Assembly: GCA_013239625.1 (NCBI GenBank)
Contig: MU054187.1
Location: 19,994,897-20,058,896, forward strand
Direction of reading: 5' to 3'
Source: Lama guanicoe
Lineage: Eukaryota
Length of the DNA stretch: 64,000 nt
Shown here: piece after piece, positions 39,721 to 53,296 of the stretch
Layout of the letters: every line of letters begins with the position of its first letter
Numbering within the stretch: position 1 is the first letter of the stretch
Program-made: the position numbers and the translations under genes
Notes under the pieces: generated by a model
Seen by the model: the letters and a program-made list of their open reading frames with translations, nothing else
Databases searched by the model: none
Told to the model about the DNA's origin: nothing

Positions 39721-40989
39721 CTGTATTTAATATTTTATACCAAGTGAACATTCAGACTGAGATAGAATTCTGCTTCTTTCCTGAGGTTTCCACAGGTAAA
39801 TTTTTATCTTAATTTTTATAAGTTACATAATAGATTTTTAAAAGCGCCCTTCTAGAAAGACTGATGAAAATTCCTCGGTTCTATTACCATACTTTTTAAA
39901 ATTTGTTCTTGTCATATGTATTCTTAGAAAACACGTGTATAAGTAGAAAATATAACTTTATTCTCATTTTTAGCTTTATAATTTTCATAAACAGTTCTCT
40001 AGCAAAAGGGTATCTGCAAAATGTTATGACTGATTTTCTATTGCAATGAGAAAGTCATCTTCCATTGACACAAGCACCAAAAAGCCGTTTATCCTCAGCA
40101 ATATTTATTTTATACTTACTCATACTCTGATGAAATGCTTTGTTCTCTTCTTGGACCACTTAGCCATTTCATTAATGAGATGATTCACTTCTTGGAGCTT
40201 TGAGTTTAGATGTATTTTAATTATGCCATATGCTTCTTTACAAGTGGAGCTTTTATAGATACTATTAAATTCAAACTTTTACCACGGTTGTTCCAATTGG
40301 AAGGCTCTGCGTGAAAAAAAGATTCAGCAAAAATACAGATACTGAGAATAAGATTATATCCATAAAATCCTTGTTGCATTAACCCTTTATAATTTTAATT
40401 GATTTAAGTATTGGCCTTCTACCAATTTGCTTGGGAAGATCACTTAGATCAAAATGATTCTTTATATTAGGAACAAATTTTTAAAATATTGATGACAAAT
40501 TTATTTAATTTCAAGTGATCTTCCTAACCAGTCAACTATCCTGAAACAAACTCTCTTTTTCTCAATCTCTGACATATTTTGATATGTATTTTAGGTTCTT
40601 TGTCCTTTAAATTGATATCATTTTAAATTAATTGTTATACATTTAATATATTTCTGTTATTTTTAGGAGTGATTTTGTTGACTTACTAATTTTTCATCTC
40701 CAGATTTTTTTCTAGTTAATTCATCTCTTTATGATAATGAAAAACTACTGATTGCTGAATTAGCTATATTATCTAATGAGAGGTCATACTTTATGATACA
40801 GGAAATAGGAAGGATGCAACTTCTTGTTCTTTGTTAATAACTTTTTTGTCGATCTGTTCAACACTGTTTACTTTTCTCTTTATTTGAGTGTCAAATTCAT
40901 CGGTCCTTGCTGTTTCTTTTGCTTTGCTAATTTATTTTACTGTCTTTGATTCAGAGATTTAAAAGTTGTAGTTAGTTTTATAAAAACTT

Positions 40990-42110
40990 ACGAGTGTCAA
41001 GTTGTCTACTATTTACTGATGGATCAATAGATTCAATGCAATCTCAATTAATATTGCATGATGTTTTTTTCTGTGTGAAAATTTCAAGCTGATATTTAAT
41101 TTTACATGAATCAAGAATTCTCAAATCAGGTATAACCAAGAAAATCTTGAAGAACAAGAACAAAATATCAAAACATTTGGTAGAAATAAATTAATGAAGA
41201 CGGTAGGAGATTATTCTAAATACAGACTATAGGAACAAAGTTGAGATTCTAGAAACAGACTGACTAAGGTAATACAGCAGAACATTTGTAGAAAAATGTT
41301 TTTTTGTGGCTGTAGGCAAAAAGCTAGTGCTCTAGGTATGTGTACAAGCTTTCTCCAGAGAGATGTTGGTGACCTGGTTTTACCATTGGAGTGGTGGGAC
41401 TGGGTTGGGGAAGGCAGTGGAAGTGCCTATCAGCTTATTAGAAGCTGGACCCTCAGGCAGCTCTTTATAAAATATACAGTCAGCTGCCTTTCAAAGGAAG
41501 ACTGGGAAATGGGCATTTTTGCACACTCCCTCTGCACTGAGCCCTGGGGGGGTGGTCCGCATGCACACAAACCAGCGACTAAGAACCTCTTCTTGGTTTG
41601 CTACAGTATTTTATGACTCTTGAATGAGAGAGTCATTGGCTATCAGAGCCAGGTGATCCAGGGGCCATCCCTTGGATAGCAGACACAAAAGCTAGAAGAC
41701 TGATACTACACAGCTTTGGCAAGAATGTAAAGCAAGTAGAAGTCTCATTTACCACCGGCAGGACTGTAAATTGGTATAACCACTTTGGAATACTATCTCG
41801 CAATACTTACTAAAGCTGAACATCAACTTGCCTTATCCAGTACTTCTACTCCTAGGTATTTCCCAAAGAGATATTAATGTACCCAAATACATATACAAGA
41901 ATGTATGTGGAAGGGTTGTTAATAACTTCTCTCAATTAGAAAGTATCCAAGTATTCATCAAAAGTAGATTTTGGCAAATATGTACCTATGAAAGCCATTG
42001 AACTATTATAATTCACAATAATGTGAAGGAATATCATTAATTCATTGAAAATTCATCAATGATCTTAGCATATATGATTTTAGAATTTTTTTGCATGCAT
42101 AGTATACTGA
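40990..42110 (+). mobile_element. Old L1ME-like ORF2/3' relic, interrupted at ~41310-41697
   Basis: atagattcaatgcaatctcaat; gtaaattggtataaccactttgg; ctactcctaggtattt. Confidence 0.75.
41310..41697 (-). mobile_element. Probable L1 5' UTR fragment
   Basis: GC-richer block containing ggctatcagagccaggtgatccaggggccatccc, bounded by aaaagctag on both sides; resembles laurasiatherian L1 5' UTR repeats as I recall them. Confidence 0.55.
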
Positions 42111-42399
42111 GAAAATAATGTAAGTGTATTTAAGTAGAAGCACTACACAAATTGCAATTTAAAGGAAAAAATTCAAATTTAAAATTAGAGGTAATAGGGA
42201 GTGATTAAAAGCAAAGAAAAAGGAGGAGAAGGGAAATAGACTAGGAATTGCAATATTTATTTTTATATTTTTCAGTTGGTTATTAATTTCATTGGAAAGC
42301 AGTAAGTGCTATAAGAAAGAGAAAATAAATTAGATCTTGTCCTGATTAAGAAAAGAAATTACTTGATAAGACTAAACAAAATGAAAAGAACTGTGAATA

Positions 42400-43300
42400 A
42401 AACTTTCAGTAAATCTTGATGGGGACAAAGGGGAGGAAGGGTTTAAGTGTAGCCAGGAATCAGGAATCCGGGAGGAAACGGCATTGGCATGGCTCTTGAA
42501 GGATGGCTAAGGTGCTGACATGCAGTATTTCAGGGGAGGGTCCTTCAGAGGGGTTAACCTATTGAAGGAGGAAAGTGTAGGGCAGATTTGGGAATCAAAT
42601 GAATCAGGGATTTCTGGATTGTATGTGCTTAGAAGGAAAAAATGGCAGAAACTGATAAAAAGGTAGTTGGGTTCAGATACTGGCTAGTGGTGAATCTCAT
42701 TCTAAGTAATTTGAAACTTTTTCTGTCAACAATGAGTTCCTGTGGGAAGAATTTGTGTAGGAAGTTAATACTGAGTCTACATTTTGAGAATATAATATAA
42801 GGAAATGTGAAGGGAAGATTTAACTGGGGGAAAATAATATAATTTCAGGGGAATTTTGAGAGTGCCTCATCCTCTTATTTAATACATGACAAAAGTGTCT
42901 CCTGTCAGTTAATAGCACAGGAAATTAGGGGACCCAAGTTTCTGAATCTTTAAGCCAAGAAATCTTTCCTCTAAAACTAGAATTAGGAACAGGTGGCAAG
43001 CTATTGAATAGTCTAGGCGAGAGGAGATGAAGGCATGAACTGGGGTAGTGGGAATAAGAATAAATTGACACATGAGAGGGACTTTGAAAAGGTGTGACTG
43101 ACAGGATTTGACAAGTAATTACATGTGGGGACTGAAAGAAGAGAATTTTTGGATTCCAACTTGAACGGCTGGAAGGAGGAGGGAGCTTTTAACTGAGCCA
43201 GAGAAGAGGGGAACCAGCAGGTTTGGGAAGGAAGAAGAGAAGATAAATTTATTTCTGTGTACAAATTACTAGCTTTACTCGGGAAACAGCAATATGTTTG
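42400..43300 (-). mobile_element. L2 relic
   Basis: tagtctaggcgagaggagatgaaggcatgaactgggg...acaggatttgacaag. Confidence 0.75.
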
Positions 43301-43669
43301 GAAGTTCTGTTCACAACTCCTTTTCAGGGCTGGGATGATATCATGTCAGAAGGACGGATTCAGCAATTTGAATGATTTAATCAAATCAGTTGTGAAGAAT
43401 TAGATTGATGCTTGGGTAGCCAGCTAAATAAATGTAGTGTTTTTCTCATTTTGTTGTTTTAGCATGGTGTAGGCATATTAGGAATTCTCTCTCGTGAAAA
43501 TATTTCTGATGTGTGTTTTTCAAACTTTGTTTTGGGCTTCCTCTAAGTTAACTGTGGTAGGAGCGGATAAAAAAGGTGCGTTGTTCAGCAGCAGTCGTAT
43601 TTCCTTTCCAAAGCAGCTTTGAAATACTCCATCAAGAGGACTGCCTCTTGCAGTTACTTTCCATTTTTC

Positions 43670-45810
43670 CCACCATTACCCTCACTGCTAGGCAACCATT
43701 ACTCTAATTCCTGTCTCTCTAGGATTGCCTATTCTTTATATTTCATATAAATGGAATCATACAATATCTGGTCTTTTCTGCCTAGCTTTTTCACTTAGAA
43801 TACTGCTTTTGATGTTCATCCACATTATGGCATACATCATCACCTCATTCCCTTTTACTGCCAGATAGTAGTCCATTGAATTAACATGCCACATTTTACT
43901 TGTCCATCATATGCTGATTGCACATTACACTTTTTTTTTTGTTAATTTGAAAGTTGCTATGAACGTTCATGTACATGTATTTTGTATGAATTTCTTTTGG
44001 CTGTATACCTAAGACTGGAATTACTGGGCCATGAGGTAACATTTTGTTATATATATGTTTAACATTCTTTGGAACTTCCAAGTTGTTTTACAAAGCAGCT
44101 GCACTATTTTACACTTCCACCAGCAATAAGTGAGGATTCCTGTTTCTTCACATCCTTGTCAACGCTTGTCATTGTCTGACTTCTTAATTTTAGCCACTAG
44201 GTGGGGTGAAAGAGTATTTCTTTTTTTTTAAAAATATCTGATACTTTATTTTTAAATAGAAAGGCACTATTACTATAGAAAGGGCTATTTATAATCAGAT
44301 CGATAGAACAAACCTATGACAGACAAAACGCAAGATGTAAACTTCATTAGGAAGACAAAAAACACAAGATGGAAACTTGGTTAGGGAGACACTTACTACC
44401 CAATATTTTTACATTTTTACCCACTGTTTAGCAAAAACATTAAATTCACATCCATATTATTATAATAATTAATATTGTTAAAAATAATAGCAACTACCAT
44501 TTATTGAGTACTTGCTTAATGCTAGTATTCCTTGTACTAAACTCTTTAAATATATATATCCCTAATTAATTCTTTTTCTTTTCCTTTTGTTAATAAGTTT
44601 TATTGGAAGAGTCACACCCATTCACTTACATATGATCTATGGCAGAATTAAGTATTTACATGAGAGACATTATGGCTTGCAAAGCCTATAGTATTTATAG
44701 GTGTACCTCAGAGATGTCGTGGGTTCGACTCCAGGCCATGGCGGTGAAGTGGGTCACAGGAAGTTTTTGGTTTCCTAGTGTGTACAGAACTTATGCTTAT
44801 GTTATACTGTAGCCTAATTTTTTTCCTCCTTTTTCAGGTAGAATTATTACTGTTCGACTGCCTGCATTCTGTTGATTCTTATTTTGTAGTTGGCTTTATT
44901 CCTTTGATAACCATGTAAGTTTAAAAAGCTAAAGATCTAATCTGTTCTTAGAAACAATAATTAGTACACATATGTAAACTAAAAAAATGCACAGTATGCT
45001 GTATATATGTATTTATATGCAGTATAATGTGCATGTGCAAAGAATATTTCATTTTTGTTTGATTGTATTTTTTAAGTGACTAAGTATATTAAACACTTTT
45101 TCATGTGGCTATTGGCCATTTGTGTATCTTCGTTGTCAAAAATGTTTATTCAAATATTCTGCCCATTTTGAATTAGATTACTTGTCATTTTATTACTGGG
45201 TTGTGAGTTATTTGAATATTCTGGATACAAATCCCTTGTCACATGCATGATTTGCATTATTTTCTCTCATTCTCTGGGTTTTTTTTTGAACATGATGTCT
45301 TTTGAAGCACAAGAGTTTTTATTTCAATGAAGTTCAGTTTATCTTTTGTTTGTTTGTTTGTTTCTTTTTTTTTTGTAATCTGAGATTTTTAGTGTCATAT
45401 CTAAGAATGCTTTGCCTAATCCAAGGTCACAAAAATTTAGGTCTATGTTTCCTTTCAAGACTTTTCTAATTTTAGCTCTTACATTTAAGTATATGCTCCA
45501 CTTTAAGTCAATTTTTGTATATGATATGAAATAGAAATCTAAATTCATTCTTTTGCATGTGGATATCCAGTTGTCTGAGCACCACTTATTGAAAAAATGA
45601 TTCTTTTCTCATTGAATTGCCTCAACATTCTTGTTGAAAATCAATTGATCGTAAATGTAAGAATTTATTTCTGAGCTCTTACTTCTATTTAATTTAATTG
45701 ATTTAAATTATCTACTTTATGCCGGTATCACGCTGTCTTGATGATTGGAGGTGTGGAGTCAGTTTTGAAATTAGGAGGTATGAGTCCTTCAACTTTGTTC
45801 TTCCCATTTA
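43670..45810 (-). mobile_element. L1MB/MC-like 3' portion split by an ~820-bp insertion
   Basis: tttcatataaatggaatcatacaatat at the left; resumes at 45051 and continues through cttttgcatgtggatatccagttg and gagtccttcaactttgttctt. Confidence 0.9.
44221..45038 (-). other. TSD-flanked, polyadenylated non-L1 retroposed segment (orphan transduction or retrocopy)
   Basis: T9 at 44221-44229; minus-strand AATAAA at 44245-44250; TSD aaagagtatttc (44209-44220)/aaagaatatttc (45039-45050); contains MIR-like, MER58-like and Tigger1-like pieces. Confidence 0.75.
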
Positions 45811-46419
45811 TAATAAATTTTTCTTTCAGGAAAATAAATATAATACTATATATTATAATATATATTATATGATATATTCTTATTACTGTCACTTATTTTT
45901 GTTGCATTTTCATCTTAAGGATTTCTCACTTACATATTGCCTATTTGTTGTTGTTACTGCTTTTATTGTATATATGTGTTTTCTTTCCTTAATCTTTAAG
46001 GTAACCTGTGAAAAAGCCAATTTTTGTCATTTTTGAGTCAAATTCATATACTTGAAATATTTCAAGTTTGAAGTTTTTGTAGCTTCCAAGTGTCATAGAG
46101 AATGATACCACAAACACTTGTGTAGCCACCATTCAGAATGAACATTTGTCAATGTTTTGTCATTTTTAGACTCAAATATTTGATAAATGTTTGTCCTGAA
46201 GTTACAGTTCTTTTTGGATCCCATTTTATAAGTGAAAAAGCAAAGCACAATCTGTAAGAGACTTGCTGTCTCTGCCTCTTTGTCTCACTCACTCTCTCTG
46301 TGTCTGTCTCTCTCTTTCCCCATAATTCTTTCTCTCTCTGATTTTTCCTCAGAAGCAACTGCCATCATGAATTTGATTTTTCTCTTTCAAGTACACATTA
46401 AAAAATAAATTTTAATATT

Positions 46420-46710
46420 TGTCATCCATTCGTTTGCTCATTAAATATAAATTGAATGCCTAGTGTACACTAGGCATTATTCTAAATGCTAGGGATACAG
46501 CAGTAAAAAATATAGGAAAAATTCCTTCTTCCACTTTTGGAGTGTATATTCTAATTTAAAAGGTGGTAAACATGATTTTAGGATCAATTAATGCTATCTG
46601 AAAAAAGAAATTAAGGAGATTGATTGATAAGTTGGTCAGGAAATGTAGCTATGAACATTATATGTAAGTAGAGATTTGAATGGCACAAGTAATTAAATAA
46701 ACATTAAGAT
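46420..46710 (-). mobile_element. L2 3' end
   Basis: attgaatgcctagtgtacactaggcattattctaaatgctagggatacagcagt. Confidence 0.8.
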
Positions 46711-46711
46711 A

Positions 46712-46923
46712 GACTGGGATTTCAAAATTGTAGAATAGATAAACAAGATTATACTGTATAGCACAGGGAAATATATACAAGATCTTATGGTAGCTCACAG
46801 AGAAAGAAATGTGACAATGAATATATATATATGTTCATGAAAAACTGAAAAATTATACTCTACACTGGAATTTGACACAACATTGTAAAATGATTATAAA
46901 TCAGTAAAAAATGTTAAAAAAAA
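46712..46923 (+). mobile_element. Young L1 3' tip
   Basis: gtagaatagataaacaagattatactgtatagcacagggaaat...gacacaacattgtaaa plus A tail; reverse-complement match to ~20480-20655. Confidence 0.92.
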
Positions 46924-47954
46924 TTTAGAGGAAAAGCTTCTCAAGCAGACATTTTTCGTGACTTTATAATACAGCCACCAGCATTTTGAGACACTGGCTT
47001 TGTGCTTATTTATCTCTGCTGAACTGACCTTGGTCAACAGCCAGTTGGTGACTGGCTTCTCCTCTCTTTCACTCTTGAAATTCTTGCTACCTCTGTTGAT
47101 TTCAGGCAGAGTCACAGAAAATGAAAATGACGGCGTGTTTAGTTTTATCACCTTTTGTTCCACTTTCCCTAAGAACTAATAGGAATCTTTTCTGATTTTG
47201 CCACTGGCCTTGTGTTTGCTACATGGAAACACATGTAGGAAAGGGATGGTGTTGGAGTTTTTAAGGATTGTGTAAATTATATTTGGGTCACAATGCATGA
47301 GAATAATGTATCTTGTCAAATATTTTGGCTGATTTATATGGTAATTGTTATTTTCCTTGATAGGAGCCATACTCCATTCCATTTTGGAGATAATCATACT
47401 ATTCTACTCATTGCAGGTAGTGTCTATTACATAGTTAAATTAAACTTAAAGTTTTCTATCATTTATTTTTAAATGTTATTGATTTTTTTAGATGTTAAGA
47501 GGGAAATGGGTGAAAAAGACTGACACTTTTCATAGGAAGTCAAAATATATTCTATTTAGATTTTCTTGCGTACAAGTTTTACCTCAAAACTAATTTATCT
47601 TCACACAATTACTGTATACTTTCAAATAATGTTTAAAATTTATGTGGTGAAACCATTTTCAATTTTATGCTTTAATCCATATTAATTTCATCTTATATTG
47701 TAAATTAAAATTTAGGTGGTTTACTTAGGTTATCAGCTACGTAGAGTAATATCCTCAAAATCTTTAATATAAAATCATTAGCATTTGCATGTTGCATGTA
47801 TATTGCTGTTGAAATTTTATACATAATTAAAATTGTTATTCATAACTTTTTGCTTTCATTTGGGTTTTATTTTAAACTAAACCTATTATTCTTTAAAACC
47901 AACAGTTTTTAATCCCTTACTCTTTTAACTGCTAAGATTTTAATACCTATTTAT

Positions 47955-48555
47955 TCTAAGCAGAAGTTTAAAATGGCTTCCATGACCTTCACTCTATGAT
48001 GTTACTTCCATGATTATGTCATGTTATATGACAAAAGGGAAATTTTCCTAAATAAGAATGATTTTCAGGACTCAGTTGAATTGACTCATTCTTTCAATTA
48101 AATTATCAGGTGTGTTTAATCACACAAGAAGGCCTTTAAAAGCAGAGAAGTCCTTCCACCTGAAAGTCAGAGAGAATCACAGCACTGAGGTAGAATCAAT
48201 GCTCCATTGCTGTCTTTGAAGATGGAGGAGGCAATTGCAAGGAGCACAGTGTACTCTCTTAAAGCTGAGAACCACTCCCAGCTGATAGTCACCAAGGAAA
48301 CGGGGACCTCAGTCCTACAACCATATGAACTGCATTCTGCCAATGACCTGACAGAGCCTGGAAGTGAATTCTTCCCTGAGTTTCCAGGTAAGAGCCAGCT
48401 CTGCTGACACCTTGATTTCAGCCTTGTGAAACCATATGCAGTGAATCCAGTGAAGCCCACCCAAACTTCTGATCCATATAACAGAGAAATAATAAATGGA
48501 TCTTTAAGTGCTATGTTTGTGGTAATTTGTTATGCAGCAATAAAAACTACTATGA
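47955..48555 (+). mobile_element. MaLR solo LTR (MLT1D/E-like)
   Basis: aaggaaacggggacctcagtcctacaacc...gacaccttgatttcagccttgtga...gtggtaatttgttatgcagcaata. Confidence 0.9.
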
Positions 48556-50084
48556 TATTACAAAATAAAAAGCCATAAAAATGTCCTGTTTTTAACTAAT
48601 AGAAATGTTTCAAACAATCTAATAATTTTTTATATCTATTTTGGTTTTATATGGTGGGCAATGAGTAGTTTTTGTTTTTGTTTTTTAAGAGTCTCTGTAA
48701 AAGAGCCTGGATATACAAGGAAGTTTATGATGCAGTTTCTGTAAATTTAAGTTCCTAAACCATATTTCTTGGCTGAGATCCAATCTAAGTATGTCTGGTA
48801 ATATAGTGAACCTTGACAAGTAAGTCACTCTCTTGGAGGAAATAAATTTTTCCCACTGTGAAAAATCAAATTTTGTAGAGCAGCATGAACTGCTCTGTTT
48901 CCCTTTCCTTTAATATACTCTTAATGTTTTGAAAGAGTTTGACTCATTTCATATGTGGGATCAGCTTACCACTGGCTTAATATAAATCAGAGTTGTAAGT
49001 AACTTGTAGTGTTATACCTTAAGATTTCTGAAATTCTTTACATTTCTCAACTTCTAGTCTTATTTTTAAAAAGTCTGAAAAATGCTCTTCTAATAAAATT
49101 TATTTGTTTAAAATAATATCAAGGGAGATATCTTTCCTTACGTTAAATATATATACATATGTGCATATATGTGTATTTATAATATATATACATATAATAT
49201 GTATGTACATATATAACCCATTACGGACTTCAAAGTAATCCCAACCTTATGGGCATCTTTGGCCTTGGTTTATGCCTATAACACATTACTATGCTATATT
49301 ATTCATGAGTTTTTCATTGAATGTCAAATGCTACGCCTCATGCTGAGATTGTATATACATACTGAATAACTTATGGTCTCTACCTTACAAGAGTTACATA
49401 GAAACAGATGAAGAACATAAAATGTGACAAATTTTATAAACAATATGCCAGGGTAATAAAGAATTTTGATTCACTGCATATAGGAATTTATAGTAGTAGA
49501 GGAGGATACTAAGGGGATTTTCTTTTTACTGTATTTATTTAAATGCCTCAGGCAATACTTTTTCCTGAATTCCATCTTCATTATAAACAACAAAATATGA
49601 AGAGGATACAATTTCAGTTTTAACCTCCTCCAATAAAAACTGAAACAAGTATATCATTTTTCCTTTATCTTTCTATGTTGTTTAACTTTTGAAATAGTGA
49701 AGATGAAAATGCTCAATTTATAGTATTGTAGAAATATTAAGGAGTTTATTTTTCCTGTATGTCAACTGTACCTTCATTATCATGAGCAGAAAGTGTCAAG
49801 GGTATTTATATATACATTTTTTTATCTCAATAGGAGATTTGTAATGACAAAAGGAGAGTTGCTAGTTTGATAATAACATTTGTTAGTGTAATCTCTTAAT
49901 CTTTGATATTTGATTACATAGCCTATACCAATAATGAAGTAATATAATCACCACAAGCCACACAAGAAGAATAAGTAAAGTATGATGAGAGTTAGAGGTA
50001 CAGAGAGACTTTAATTTTTTGATAAGTATGATTAATTAGAAAATTTAGTTGTCTTAGGATATTACTTGGGAATTGAATATTTGT

Positions 50085-50335
50085 AGGTATAGAGTAAAGG
50101 ATAGACTTAGGGTGAAAAGATTAAAGTTTGAATCCTGACTCTGCCATTAGAATACTTTATTTATGTTATTTTTAAAATTTGTTTACTTTTACCTTGGACT
50201 GTCTTGGAACTCTTTGAATTCTCTCTGTTCAAGCAGTAGTGATGGTTTTTTCCTGTCAGAACTGCTGGAAGATTCAATATTAATAACATACATGGGATTT
50301 CATTTTAAGCTGTAGGATAAACCAAAGTAGCAACT
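50085..50335 (+). mobile_element. MIR SINE (degenerate)
   Basis: gtttgaatcctgactctgccatt...gaagattcaa. Confidence 0.6.
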
Positions 50336-50872
50336 GTAATATTTATGGTTATTTATAATGATAATAGCAAATGAAAATAGATAATTGTCACTGCTTAAGA
50401 CTAAAGACTAATAAATGTGTCTAATTTCTCAACGAGTTGCCTATAGTCGTTTTCTGTACACATTTACACGGATGCTGAGGATGGTGTGAGGTAATATTAT
50501 GAAGGACGTATGCATGGCCGAGTTTGCAAGTTTGAGGATGCACAGGAAAATGAAGTGTGGGATGGAGTAAGTGGGGAACAATGTGGGCAGATGGCACATA
50601 ATCAAGAGTCTTATTGATTCAGCATCTCTTTCTCCAATAAAAGAAGATTCTGTGGAAAGGATTTTGTTAAAATTTTATGTTAGACATGTCCTAAGCCTTT
50701 TTATACAATAGTTTGGCGAGAACTTTTTAATATACATTCTTGATTGGTCGGTCGGTTGTTTGAATGATAATACATTCTTAGACAAAGTAATCAGATTACA
50801 TTGTGAACAATTTTCAAGACAGAGAGGCAGGGTTGAATTCGCAAGGGCTAGCTCTGTGTAAATGGTCAATCT

Positions 50873-50886
50873 GTTTCCATGGTTAC
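50873..50886. promoter_or_regulatory. RFX X-box motif
   Basis: gtttccatggttac, identical to 32052-32065. Confidence 0.45.
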
Positions 50887-52914
50887 TGGCTGGCTGAGTA
50901 AACTAAGAATTTGAAGGTGTTGGTTTGTGCCCTCTTATCTTAAAGAATCTCAAGAAGATTGTTTCTATAAATATGGTTTCCATCTCTGGGCTAAGTATAG
51001 GTTTGAGGATAAAATTTCGGAAGAGACAACTTTAAAGCTATATAAAATAGCATCTCATAAATATACCTTTCCCTGAATCTTGTACCATGTTTTTGATATT
51101 AAGCATGAACATATTTGTAGTTTCCACTATTCTAATTATAAGGAAATCCACTTTATCACATCTTTCCTGAAGGCATCCATTTTTATGATTTTTCTTGGCC
51201 ACAGGGGCTGATGTAGCTCTCAGTGATGCAGAAGGCTGTCTTTTTAAATACAATCTATTACTTTCTTTTCAGGACTATTACAGGAATGAATTTTAGCAGA
51301 CACAAAGAGAATTTTAAAATATGATACAGAATAGATATTTTCACATCCAAAATAAGGTTTAGAAACTTGAAAGAAACATAAATGAACATTTCTGGGGTGT
51401 ATTTAAAAGAATGGAAGTTTTCATTTCTTATATGAGTAAGTGCATGGCTTTTTACAAAAAAAAATTCTTTTTATGCTTATTTTTTTCCTTTGAGATAATA
51501 TTTAACATTTTATTTCTGTAATTAAAAATAGCAGTCTTGTCATAGTTTTCTTAACTTTGAAACCATTGAACTATGTTTTTTCTATTTGCTTTGATTCTAG
51601 TCAATGTTATAGTGCAAATATTTTTTCTTCTCCACACACCCCAGTCCCCTGCCAAGTTGAACTGATTGCAGAGCTCACGTTGATTTCAAAGGGAATTCCA
51701 TACCCCCAAAACCTCCCTGGCTGTGTGTATGTGCACATAGCCAAGTGATAAAGTGGCTGAGAATTACTTACAGCATGTGCAAAATGAAGATTAGAATAAT
51801 AATTTCATCATTATCATGATTATTGCTATTTAATATTTATATTGCACCTTACCCTGAGAAGCTCAAGAAACTTCATGAATTTTACATTATCCAGTGGGCT
51901 TTAATCTTAACTATACCTCTATGTGCTGGGTAAGGCACAAAATTAATAATAGATTTGAGTGACATATATTGCTAGGGAAATCTAATTCCATTGCTGTTTA
52001 GCTCTTTTCTGTTATTGGAAAACAGCATTATATATTTGACTAGAAAGTTGGATTGCTATCTCATTATTTTAGTACTGGGGGGTCCATTCACTATTTATTT
52101 TGGAATAACTCCAGGTGACATCTTATTCAAACGTAAAGAAGAAATACACTGATAATTTGTATTACATTTAGCATTAGTCATCAACATTCAAAACTAATCC
52201 TTAATGAAAAGAGAACATTTTATTGCTTGTTATCTTATACTGACTAAACTAGTTTAACATTCAATGCCTAAACTTAGATATATCTGAGTAAATTTTCCTG
52301 GTCCTTTTAGGTAAATAAAGCTGGATTCAGTACTGTGTCTTTGGGCCTATTTTACACGTGGAAGTGAATTTCAAATTACTACAATGAAATATTTGAAGCT
52401 ACTCTCCTAACCTAAAATTATAACAGAATGTAAAACATCACACACTTTATAGCTCTATTGTAATGATTAAAATATTAATTTTCTTAGTAAGACTTCACCA
52501 AAAAAGCCTCAATTTCTTAGGCTTTTGAAATATAATTTTAGCTTTACTGAGTTTAGATGCAGATTTTAGACATTTTTTTCTTACATAACCTACTACCAAA
52601 TTCCCCTGAGACTCTGACCTTTCTAGTCCTCTTTTTCCATTAAATGGAAATAATCTCAGAGCTTGAAAAAGTCTATCTGGATTGGTTAATTTATATCTAG
52701 GAAGATATCAGAATAATCACATAGATGATCATAAATAGAGTAAAAGCTGTTACATAGGCCTGGACACAGTTTTAAATGTTTCATTAGAATAATTAAATTT
52801 ATGACTGTGATATAATCAAGTAAGGAATAAAATTTTGCAGGTGATTGGGGAACAGAAGGGAGGCGTGTGGATAGGAAGAAGTGGAGTAAAATTATTGATA
52901 TTAACTAATTTAAT

Positions 52915-53070
52915 TTAGTAATCATACAATTCCAAATATATATATTACTTTATTTTTACACCTAAGGAAGTTAAAACTGAAGAAAGCTAAGTAATTTGAA
53001 CAAGGCCATATAGCTGGTGAGCGGTTGAAGAAATTATTCTCAAAAAACCTGTGCCTCAAAATCTATGACC
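52915..53070 (-). mobile_element. MIR SINE
   Basis: ttttacacctaaggaagtt...gctaagtaatttgaacaaggccatatagctggtgag. Confidence 0.75.
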
Positions 53071-53296
53071 TTTCTTGTCAAGGAGGCCAGTAAAGGAATA
53101 GATTTTGACACAAAGGAATGTATTTTGAGGGCCTCTCAGTGACCCCGATGTGTGGACACTAAGACAGCATGGAATTTGTCCACAGGACTACTATTTTATG
53201 GCTTAGAAGCATTGCTCTCTTTGGCCTTATCAAATAGTTTTTATTTCTGTATCCACTCTCATTGTGGATGTTCATTTATAAATCATTGTACATTTT

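Noticed and set aside
40291..40302. 12-bp palindrome ttccaattggaa
   Set aside because: Palindromes of this length are expected by chance in 64 kb and there is no supporting context.
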